Source: Candidatus Bathyarchaeum tardum (GTDB taxonomy: Archaea > Thermoproteota > Bathyarchaeia > Bathyarchaeales > Bathyarchaeaceae). Taken from it: 64,000 nucleotides of DNA. Below are positions 20,966-29,326 of this stretch, in pieces (the first letter of the stretch is position 1; each line of letters starts with the position of its first letter). Both the position numbers and the translations under genes were made by a program. The stretch spans positions 480,001 through 544,000 of the forward strand of contig CP122380.1 of the NCBI GenBank assembly GCA_024650005.2. Direction: 5' to 3'. A model generated the notes under the pieces. It was not told the origin of the DNA. It was given only the letters and a program-made list of their open reading frames with translations, and did not search any database.

Positions 20966-21310
20966 CTACACAATATATCTGAGCTTTTTTGTTTCACTTT
21001 GTTGCTTGAGCCAACTCTCGCTCACAAAGGACCACGTAAACTCATTATTTTCAATCTGTAACACAAGCAAAAGATCAGAATTATCCAATCTGGTGTATTC
21101 TAATAATACTTCGTACATTTTTTGTGAAATGTCAAAATCCAAATCAACCATCTGACCGCCATCAACTTGTTTTGCCCGAAAAATCGCATTATACTTCTGG
21201 TTTGATTCAGAAAATTCAACATTCACTTGGTCAACATAATACAACGAATTTTCATACTTCAAAATAACATGACGAGCGTTATCAGACCGAGTTTCCACCC
21301 TCTTAACCAT
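20966..21310 (-). CDS. Hypothetical protein upstream of cheY
   Basis: Clean 114-aa ORF co-oriented with the che genes; no family recognised. Confidence 0.65.
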   Translation of the reverse strand: MVKRVETRSDNARHVILKYENSLYYVDQVNVEFSESNQKYNAIFRAKQVDGGQMVDLDFDISQKMYEVLLEYTRLDNSDLLLVLQIENNEFTWSFVSESWLKQQSETKKLRYIV

Positions 21311-21635
21311 AACAAATCAACTGCTAGTGTGTTTTCAAGAAACACTATTAACTAACAATAAAATGTTAACACTTAAAGGGTGTTTCCATCATCGATGCAT
21401 TACAAAAAATAAAAATCTGAATGAACTGCTTATTTTTTACCTTTTTTCCTCTGTTCCCAAAACTTGTTCTTTTGTCTACTATGTGTTGATGTAATCCATT
21501 TTTATATATGAATTCAACAATTTCTGCTCTACTGTCAATTTCAGGGGAATGTTAAGAACTACGGTGATGTGCACATGTTACTACATTATTTAATATTTTT
21601 TCTTTTTTAGTTTTTTTCTAGGCTTATTTTCATGA

Positions 21636-21653
21636 CAAATATTATATACATTT
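21636..21653 (+). promoter_or_regulatory. Putative BRE/TATA promoter of beta-propeller gene 1
   Basis: CAAATATTATATACATTT; TTATATACATTT starts 48 nt before the ATG, the same spacing as the copy at 53277. Confidence 0.7.
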
Positions 21654-21689
21654 CGATTGAATACCAATATTTATTATGAAGGGAAAAAA

Positions 21690-24263
21690 ATGAAAAAACT
21701 AGATTATAATAGAAAAATTTTTGCAATCGTTTTGGCTCTGATGTTGACAATTTCAACTATAATTGTTATTTTGCCAACAGTCAGCGGACAAGAATACGAT
21801 TACAGTAAAACAGCATATGCATACATTGGTGCTACACCAAACCCCGTAGGTGTAAATCAAGAAGTATTGCTGCACGTAGGAATCACGGACTATCTAAATG
21901 TAGTAAGTGATGGATGGGAAGGTCTAACAGTTACCGTTACTGACCCTAACGGAAACGAAGAAACTCTTGGTCCATTCAGAACAGACTCTACAGGTGGAAC
22001 CGGAACAATATTCGTACCCACAATGATTGGAACATATACCCTCCAAACACATTTCCCTGCACAAACTTACACGTGGACTTCACCCCCAGTGTTTGACCCC
22101 GAATTCGTTGGTACTATACTGTATGAAGCTGATGACAGTGAAGAACTAGAACTTGTTGTAAATCAAGATCCAAAAGAATACTACACTCCTTCACCATTTC
22201 CAAATGAATACTGGAGCCGACCAATAGATGGACAAAATCGAGAATGGTACAGTATTGCTGGCAACTGGGTTGATCGTCCAGCAAACAGTTATGCACCTTA
22301 CAACGATTATGCTCCTGAAACAGCCCACATATTATGGACTGATTGGTTAGAACTTGGTGGTGTCGCCGGTGGAGCAACTGGATTTCACGCTTTCGATTGT
22401 GGTGACGCGTACGAAGGAAAATTCGTTGGCTCTGTAGTTATTGGTGGTATACTGTTCTATAACAAATATCACTCTGGATTAGCCGGAGGTCCTGAATCTC
22501 AGATAGTTGTTGCGACTAATCTACACACAGGTGAAGTATTATGGGAAAAACCATTAACTGCTCCTGATGGATCGGTTCATAGACTTGCTTTTGGTCAAAC
22601 ATTTTATTTTGACTCCTTTAACTATCACGCAGTTTTTGATTTTCTATGGGCAACAGAATCAATTTTTGATTTTGCCACATTTACCTCTAAAAATATTTGG
22701 CATGCTTTTGATCCTCTAACAGGAATCTGGCAATACTCAATGGAAAACGTCCCAGCTGGAAGTATAATGTTTGGAGCTAGTACAACTATCCGAGGGGACA
22801 ACGGTGAAATCATAATTTATAACATCAATACTGCAGCCGGTTGGTTGGCAAAATGGAACTCAACCCGCGTAATCTTCGGTGATGGCGTAGGTTTTGATAC
22901 CGGAAGTTTCAGACCATATGGTCAAACATGGGATGGGAACAGAGGCTATGAATACAATGTTACAATTCCAACTGGTTTGCCTGGAGCAATACGATTCATA
23001 ACTCAAGATAAAGCTGTTGGAAACGATGTTTCTGGATGGGGTGGTATTGGAGACGATCCTGTTAATCAATGGTGTCTTAGTTTAGAAGATGGAGATTTGG
23101 TGTGGCAAAACACATGGGTTCCCCCACAAGGTGACTTGGGCATATCGTATGGTGCTTCTAGTAGCGAAGAAGGAATTTTCACATTACAGGCAAAAGAAAC
23201 AAGGCAAGTTTGGGCATTCGATATAAATACTGGTGAAGAACTTTGGGGACCTACTGAATCGATGCCATATTTGGGTATATATGGAATGATAAGTAACATA
23301 GCAGAAGGCAAAGTTATTGTAGCAGCTCGAATGGCTGGAGTCGTGAATGCATACGATTCTAACACCGGTAATTTAATCTGGTCTTATGATGCATCCGATC
23401 CATTCAATGAAATTCTGTGGGGCAATTCTTGGCCAGTACAGCCTGTGTTCATAACTGATGGAAAAATTTACCTTGGTCACAGTGAGCACTCTCCAGTTGA
23501 TCCTAAACCGCGGGGTGCTCCATTCATATGCCTTGATCTTGATGATGGTTCAGTAATCTGGAGAGCAGATGGGTTATTCCGTCAAACAGATTGGGGTGGT
23601 AAAGCCGTAATAGGCGACAGCATAATTGCAACAATGGATTCATATGACCAACGTATCTATGCCATCGGCAAGGGTGCAAGTAAAACTACACTTACTGCTT
23701 CACCCAAAGGTGCAACAGTAGGAAGCAGCGTAATACTAGAAGGCATGATCACCGACATATCACCAGGAACTAATGACATTGAGTTAACAACAAGGTTCCC
23801 CAATGGAGTTCCAGCAGTAGCAGATGAATCCATGAGCGAATGGATGCTATACGTCTACAAACACATGGCTCGCCCCTCAAACACAAATGGAGTTACAGTA
23901 ATCTTCTGGGCAGTTACTCCTGAAGGAAATACAATGGACATTGGTCGAACCACAACAGACAGCAACGGATACTACAGCTTCTCGTTCAGACCAGAACTTG
24001 AAGGCATATACACCATATTTGCAACCTTTGAAGGAACTGCAGGATACTACGGTTCAAACACACAAACTGCTATTGTAGTAGACCCCGCACCTACACCTGC
24101 AGCACCTATTGAACCTGAAGAACCAGAAACCCCCGAAGTGCCTATTGAACCAACCCAACCAGAAGCACCGTTGATCACCACTGAAATGGCAATCGTCATA
24201 GCAGTTGCAGTTATTGCACTCATCAGCGTAGCAGTGTTCTTTGTGCTAAGAAGGCGAAAATAA
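21690..24263 (+). CDS. PQQ-like beta-propeller repeat surface protein (Bathyarchaeia paralog family), membrane anchored
   Basis: Signal peptide, PNPVGVNQ, TDSTGG, TGEVLW/TGEELW repeats, EHSP, GVPAVADE, Pro/Glu linker, C-terminal TM plus RRRK; start at MKKL after GAAGGG. Confidence 0.85.
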   Translation: MKKLDYNRKIFAIVLALMLTISTIIVILPTVSGQEYDYSKTAYAYIGATPNPVGVNQEVLLHVGITDYLNVVSDGWEGLTVTVTDPNGNEETLGPFRTDSTGGTGTIFVPTMIGTYTLQTHFPAQTYTWTSPPVFDPEFVGTILYEADDSEELELVVNQDPKEYYTPSPFPNEYWSRPIDGQNREWYSIAGNWVDRPANSYAPYNDYAPETAHILWTDWLELGGVAGGATGFHAFDCGDAYEGKFVGSVVIGGILFYNKYHSGLAGGPESQIVVATNLHTGEVLWEKPLTAPDGSVHRLAFGQTFYFDSFNYHAVFDFLWATESIFDFATFTSKNIWHAFDPLTGIWQYSMENVPAGSIMFGASTTIRGDNGEIIIYNINTAAGWLAKWNSTRVIFGDGVGFDTGSFRPYGQTWDGNRGYEYNVTIPTGLPGAIRFITQDKAVGNDVSGWGGIGDDPVNQWCLSLEDGDLVWQNTWVPPQGDLGISYGASSSEEGIFTLQAKETRQVWAFDINTGEELWGPTESMPYLGIYGMISNIAEGKVIVAARMAGVVNAYDSNTGNLIWSYDASDPFNEILWGNSWPVQPVFITDGKIYLGHSEHSPVDPKPRGAPFICLDLDDGSVIWRADGLFRQTDWGGKAVIGDSIIATMDSYDQRIYAIGKGASKTTLTASPKGATVGSSVILEGMITDISPGTNDIELTTRFPNGVPAVADESMSEWMLYVYKHMARPSNTNGVTVIFWAVTPEGNTMDIGRTTTDSNGYYSFSFRPELEGIYTIFATFEGTAGYYGSNTQTAIVVDPAPTPAAPIEPEEPETPEVPIEPTQPEAPLITTEMAIVIAVAVIALISVAVFFVLRRRK

Positions 24264-24305
24264 CCAATTTTCCCTCCCTTTTTCTTTTTTGGGAGTAAAA
24301 GTATG

Positions 24306-24431
24306 GGAGAAATGGGGCTGAAAAGGCTCAAACACAAAAAATGAAAAAATAACCAAAGTGATAGTAGCAAATTTTTTTCATTTTTTATCCTCAATAGCCT
24401 GTGCTAGAGTCTCAGTAAACCCATTTCTTTC
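24306..24431 (+). ncRNA. Conserved structured RNA element with canonical bulge-helix-bulge (copy 1)
   Basis: GAAAUGGG-GCUG-AAA-AGGCUC...GAGUCU-CAGU-AAA-CCCAUUUC; homologous to 55904-56029 with compensatory changes. Confidence 0.7.
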
Positions 24432-24480
24432 TTGACAAACCTAGTTTTGAGTTAATAAAGAAAAAAGGGAATATGCCCAT

Positions 24481-24951
24481 TTATTGGGCAAAAAAATAGT
24501 TTGTTTCTGTTATTGTGCCGTTTTCCCATGTGCCTTCCCAGTTCAATGAATAAGGAATCGAGATCATTCCAGAGGGTACAGAATATTCAACTTTAACATC
24601 AAATGTTGGGTTAGCAACTATTGGGTACGAGATTTCAACAGTCCAGCCTTCACTTTGATAGTTATAGAGTCCAGCACCTAGAAGACCTGTTTCTACAAGT
24701 CCACCAGTCCATTCAAAATTGTTTATCAAAACTGTTACATCTGGGTGGTTATCTTGGATGTATTGTATAATCTCATCCCTAATTTGTTCAGGCGAAGAAA
24801 TTTCTGAATTTAGAGAATCGTTTGTTTCATTTGGTACAATATTTTCATTTTGATTTGAGCCTGCCAAGACCCAAGCAATGCTACTGCAGCAAACTAAAAC
24901 GGCTGCAAAAACAGCAATCCACAGATATTTTTTATTTCGTTTTTGGTTCAT
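24481..24951 (-). CDS. Hypothetical membrane-anchored/secreted protein
   Basis: N-terminal TM then a globular domain (PEQIRD...GWTVEISYP...WEGTW). Confidence 0.7.
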   Translation of the reverse strand: MNQKRNKKYLWIAVFAAVLVCCSSIAWVLAGSNQNENIVPNETNDSLNSEISSPEQIRDEIIQYIQDNHPDVTVLINNFEWTGGLVETGLLGAGLYNYQSEGWTVEISYPIVANPTFDVKVEYSVPSGMISIPYSLNWEGTWENGTITETNYFFAQ

Positions 24952-25002
24952 TGTTTTTCACCACATAACAAATGCTAAAATAACAAACTTAATGCCATGC
25001 TT

Positions 25003-25030
25003 TAGAACATAGTGTTCTATTTGCTAGAAC
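25003..25030. promoter_or_regulatory. Three alternating half-sites TAGAAC-N5-GTTCTA-N5-TAGAAC, putative operator
   Basis: Half-sites at 25003, 25014 and 25025, 11-bp period, 50-80 nt upstream of the 24951 start. Confidence 0.45.
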
Positions 25031-25064
25031 AGAATAACTTTTCAAAAAACGGTATAATTTGAGA

Positions 25065-25255
25065 TGTTTTTCCAGATTTACTTCTTAACCCGATGATAAC
25101 TAAAGCTGAACTAAAAAATTGTGGTAAAATATCATGAAGAAACTTCTGGAATACTGTTTGTTGGATTAGTGACTAATTGTTGTGGTTGTTTTCATCTAAT
25201 GTGTAAGGCTTCTCTGCAATTTCATCTCCATTTATATCTACCCAGTAATGGTCAC
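25065..25255 (-). pseudogene. Degraded 3' remnant of a NosD/beta-helix surface protein with PEF-CTERM-like tail
   Basis: Minus strand reads DHYWVDINGDEIAEKPYTLDENNHNN* then, with shifts, IPEVSS*-ILPQFFSSALVIIGLRSK, echoing GNYW..D..GDGI...PY.ID.N / IPEF..W tails. Confidence 0.5.
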
Positions 25256-25388
25256 TTCTGAGCTTCCTTTTGTAGATGAATCCAGCCTTTTGTTGTCTTT
25301 TACCGCTGAATCAGGACATAACCCAGCAGTTTATTGTTCTAATTGTGAAATAAGCCTGAAAACCAAATAAAAGAGGAAATTTTACTCC

Positions 25389-25607
25389 TTATAATTTTTT
25401 ATTGGTTTCTTCGATAATTTTTACAAAAGTGTGTTTTTTTTGTGCCCACGGAGCTGTGGTTTTTTTATGAGTCCTGACTAGTCCTGCATTCCTAAGGTTC
25501 GGAATTGCACCCCACATCATTTTAGGAATATTGGAAATATGTACGTCTTTTTGTTCTTTAATATAGTTGTATGTTTTCTTTTCAAATTCTGTAATTGTTC
25601 TTGCCAT
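25389..25607 (-). CDS. Small basic putative winged-helix protein
   Basis: 72 aa, TEFEKKTYNYIK...GAIPNLRNAGLV; strong GGAGG SD. Confidence 0.6.
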   Translation of the reverse strand: MARTITEFEKKTYNYIKEQKDVHISNIPKMMWGAIPNLRNAGLVRTHKKTTAPWAQKKHTFVKIIEETNKKL

Positions 25608-26321
25608 TTATCTCCCTCCTATGCATTAAAACTAGGATACTATCTTGGTGCGTGATACTATCTAAATTAGTACATTTTTATCTCACTTTTTGAGATCGCA
25701 CCTATCTTCTTTTGCGTGACCTTTTTCGCGGAAAAAAATTAATTTCCCGCAGTACCGACATTTTTGTAACAAATATTTCAGGACCATATTATTATAGGTA
25801 ATTGTGGCATATTAACAGTTTGTTAATTGATAATTATCGTTATACATGAAGTAAAAAATAATGCAAATACAAAATTAATATAGTGAAAATTGACAAAAAT
25901 ATTTTTCCCATTTTTCAAAAATAGACTTAGAATTTGAATACACCTGAAAAAGAAAGCTAATACTAATGCGGGAGTTTGCGATTATTTTTTGTTCTTTTAT
26001 AAAAGATGGTGTTTCAGTTGGTTTCGTTGCAAAGGAATGGGCTGAAAATTAAATCAGGTTTACTGTTATTTTTTCTTTATCCTCTTATGGGGGGATGCAA
26101 AAATTGAAATTTGCTGTTGTTTGCTGGACAACAACCTGGTAATTTCGTGGTTTTGTGGAAATTTATGGTTGTCACATGTTTAACTTTTTACATGGGCTAA
26201 TTTTCAGGTATATTCGTTTTATATGAAGGATCAATTTTTTTCGTGTGCTTCTCGTGTTTGAAATAATTATCATTTATTTCACAGCTTTTCATTGTTAAAC
26301 CGAGTTAGATTTGCAAAATTC

Positions 26322-27959
26322 TTAATATTCAGGAGGCATTCCACCTGGACCGCCAGAAGCCCCAATGTTTTTGCCCGATATTACGTCGTCAATCCTCAAA
26401 ATCATGGTTGATGCTTCTGAAGCTGATTTAATTGCCTGTTCCTTAACACTTACCGGTTCGATAACTCCCTTTTTGCACATGTCAACAATCTCGCCGCTGA
26501 AAACGTCCACACCCATAAAATATCCTTTGGATTTCTCATGAACGGATCTCAGATTAACCAAGATGTCGATTTGTTCCAAGCCTGCGTTTTCGGCCAATGT
26601 TCTAGGAATTATTTCCAAAGATTTTGCAAAAGCTTCAACTGCTAACTGGGCTCTACCACCTATTTGAACTGCATACTCACGTAGTTGCTTTGCAATTTCA
26701 GTCTCTGTGGCTCCACCCCCAGCTACAACCTTATTTTTCTTGTATAAATCAGCAATAACTGACAAAACATCATGAATAATACGGTCAGCCTCATCTACCA
26801 ATCGTTCTAAACCTGCACGTATCAAAATTGAAACAGATTTAGGATTCCTGCAGCCTTCAACGAACACCATGTCATCATCGCCAATCTTTCGTTCTTCCAC
26901 AAGCTCAGCGTAACCTAAATCGTCTGGTCTAATATCATCTAAATTGGTAATAACTTTCGCTTCGGTTGATCTTGCAAGCATTTTCATATCAGATTCTTTT
27001 ACGCGCCTAACAGCCATTATACCCTCCTTTGCAAGGAAATATTGAGCTGTATCATCTATTCCTTTTTGACAAATCAAAACATTAGCTTTTGACTTCTTGA
27101 TTTTCCTAACCATTTCCCTGAGCATACTAGCTTCCTTATCTAAGAAGCCCGCAATTTGAGACGGATCGTCAATTCTAATTTGAGCGCTAACTTCAGTTTT
27201 TTTAACTTCCAACGCTGTATCAACAAGAGCAATTCGAGCCTGTTTCACACTTCTTGGCATGCCCGAATGAACAATTTCTTTGTCCACTATTAGACCTTTT
27301 ATGAGTTCGGTGTCTTGAAGACTTTTTCCCGCTTTCTTTACGATCTGGATGTTGTCTATGTCAACAATCCATTTGTCTCCTTGTTTTTCAGCTATGTGAT
27401 TAATTGCGGCAACAGCAATGTCAGCAAAATGTTCTTTTGCTGTTCCAACAGCTTTACTTCCCATTGCTGTTTTGGCAACCTTTTTGAGCATTTCTTTATC
27501 ATTCAAGTCCACCGTTTGGCTGATTTTATCCAAGACTTCTAAAGCTTTTTGAGTTGCTATCCGGTAACCTTTCACAATTAATGTTGGGTGGACACCTTCT
27601 TCTAGAAGCTCTTCTGCCTCTTTTAGTAATTCTCCTGCTAGAACTACTGCTGTTGTTGTTCCATCGCCAACCATATCGTCTTGGGTTTTGGCTACTTCAA
27701 CAATCATCTTTGCTGCTGGATGTTGAACATCAATCTCATCAAGTATTGTTGCCCCGTCGTTAGTTATGGTTATGTCACCTAGGCTGTCGACAATCATTTT
27801 ATCCATGCCTCGGGGTCCAAGTGTAGACCTTATGGCTTCAGCAATAACTTTGGCTGCCATAATATTGTTTTTCTGAGCCTCTTGTCCCCTGCTCCGTGAA
27901 GTTCCTTCTTTTAAAATAAGAACTGGTTGTCCACTTTTAGTTTGAGTTAAATATGCCAT
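26322..27959 (-). CDS. ths: Thermosome (group II chaperonin) subunit
   Basis: [46 protein letters not shown]. Confidence 0.96.
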   Translation of the reverse strand: MAYLTQTKSGQPVLILKEGTSRSRGQEAQKNNIMAAKVIAEAIRSTLGPRGMDKMIVDSLGDITITNDGATILDEIDVQHPAAKMIVEVAKTQDDMVGDGTTTAVVLAGELLKEAEELLEEGVHPTLIVKGYRIATQKALEVLDKISQTVDLNDKEMLKKVAKTAMGSKAVGTAKEHFADIAVAAINHIAEKQGDKWIVDIDNIQIVKKAGKSLQDTELIKGLIVDKEIVHSGMPRSVKQARIALVDTALEVKKTEVSAQIRIDDPSQIAGFLDKEASMLREMVRKIKKSKANVLICQKGIDDTAQYFLAKEGIMAVRRVKESDMKMLARSTEAKVITNLDDIRPDDLGYAELVEERKIGDDDMVFVEGCRNPKSVSILIRAGLERLVDEADRIIHDVLSVIADLYKKNKVVAGGGATETEIAKQLREYAVQIGGRAQLAVEAFAKSLEIIPRTLAENAGLEQIDILVNLRSVHEKSKGYFMGVDVFSGEIVDMCKKGVIEPVSVKEQAIKSASEASTMILRIDDVISGKNIGASGGPGGMPPEY

Positions 27960-28204
27960 TAAATTCCCCTATTTTACTTAGTTTAAAAATGATTACGTCA
28001 ACATATCCAAAGGTTCTGAGAATATAAACATTCTTAGATTTAAGTATGATTTACACTTGAAAGTTATCTAAAAACAATATGAAAAAAAGGTTAATAATAA
28101 TGGCTTCATATTTCCTAAAATTGAATGCTTTTTTTCACAGATGTTTCTATCTAAAATTTTTGTCTGTTTATTTTTGTAAAATTTTCAAATACATAATGAA
28201 CTTA

Positions 28205-28609
28205 TTATTTAGAACCAACAGTGTACAAAAATTCCACAAGTTTTAAGATTTCATCTCGTAGCTTTATTTGAGACTCTGTCCATTGGTTTAGCGTATTCCA
28301 ACTCTCCTCTGAAGCTCTGATGTATTTTTCTGTGAACGTTCGATTTTGTCCATTTTGTTTCGAATTCCATCCACTGGCATAACTTTTAGTTTGGTTAAAT
28401 AATTTGATAATTCGTGTACAGTAACCAGTGATGGCATTAGTTTCTGATAGATATTGTTGTTTTGCATGATTAGCGACAAGAAAAAGACGATTTAAATTAG
28501 TCATGTATTTTTCTGCGTTTCCCAACCAACTGTCTAGAGATGCAAAACAGTCTTTGTCATCATAAAGCATATCCAACTCTTCGAGAATTTTTGCGTCTAT
28601 TGCTCTCAT
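28205..28609 (-). CDS. Hypothetical helical protein
   Basis: 134-aa ORF with GGAG SD; no family recognised. Confidence 0.55.
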   Translation of the reverse strand: MRAIDAKILEELDMLYDDKDCFASLDSWLGNAEKYMTNLNRLFLVANHAKQQYLSETNAITGYCTRIIKLFNQTKSYASGWNSKQNGQNRTFTEKYIRASEESWNTLNQWTESQIKLRDEILKLVEFLYTVGSK

Positions 28610-28654
28610 TTGCTGTCTCCTTTGATATTTTCGAGTAAAAACATTTTGAATAAA

Positions 28655-29062
28655 CTAGATTGGGGTATACGTTCTCGGGTCTATGTGCAAAATTTCATTG
28701 TCTATCTTTTTCAAGAGTTTGTCAAGAATTTTCTCTTTTGTTCTCAATTCTTTTTTTGAAACACTTTTTCCCCTTGGGCATGATTCGTCAATCATTGCTA
28801 CTCCTTCATTTGTTACATGCATAACTGGATATATGTAGCAGCCTAGGGGCCTGTTTTCATATATTTTACATCTCTTTTTGGTTCGACTGTAAAAATAACA
28901 ATATCCGTCAACATTTCTGAGCCGGATACCATATTTGTCTATAACTGCAAATTCTTCTAAGTGATAACCTTTCACATTTAACTGGTGCACATCATTGCTT
29001 GAAAGTTCCATCATTGTTTGTTCACAACAAATTCCACAATTTGAGCAACGCATGTTAAACAT
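28655..29062 (-). CDS. YkgJ/CxxCxxCC putative zinc/iron-chelating protein
   Basis: CSNCGICC, CYF, CKIYENRPLGCYIYP, CP. Confidence 0.88.
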   Translation of the reverse strand: MFNMRCSNCGICCEQTMMELSSNDVHQLNVKGYHLEEFAVIDKYGIRLRNVDGYCYFYSRTKKRCKIYENRPLGCYIYPVMHVTNEGVAMIDESCPRGKSVSKKELRTKEKILDKLLKKIDNEILHIDPRTYTPI

Positions 29063-29326
29063 CTCTCCCCTACATATACAAACAACAGAGATGTAATGAA
29101 CCTTTGGGTGTATAACTAAATTTTAATTGGCAACCAAAAAATGGCTTTTTTCCTGTCGGTGCTGCATATTAATGGTCTCAAACCGCCTTTCAAAGACTAA
29201 TTTGTATTTTTACTGTTTTTTAGTGACAATACGAAATGTAACCTGAACCTATTTATTGTTATATATTGTAAAATAAGCCACATTTTTCGGAAAAATTATT
29301 TTTTTGTCACCTAATTTTTTTGTTAT

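Noticed and set aside
21690-24263. Functional PQQ-dependent alcohol dehydrogenase
   Set aside because: No vicinal Cys-Cys or WDYD-type active-site motifs seen; only propeller repeats.
24323-24418. C/D box or H/ACA guide RNA, or tRNA intron
   Set aside because: No RUGAUGA/CUGA boxes within the 96-nt segment and the flanks do not form a cloverleaf.
24081-24431. Diversity-generating retroelement TR/VR pair
   Set aside because: Differences between copies are not adenine-specific and there is no reverse transcriptase in the window.
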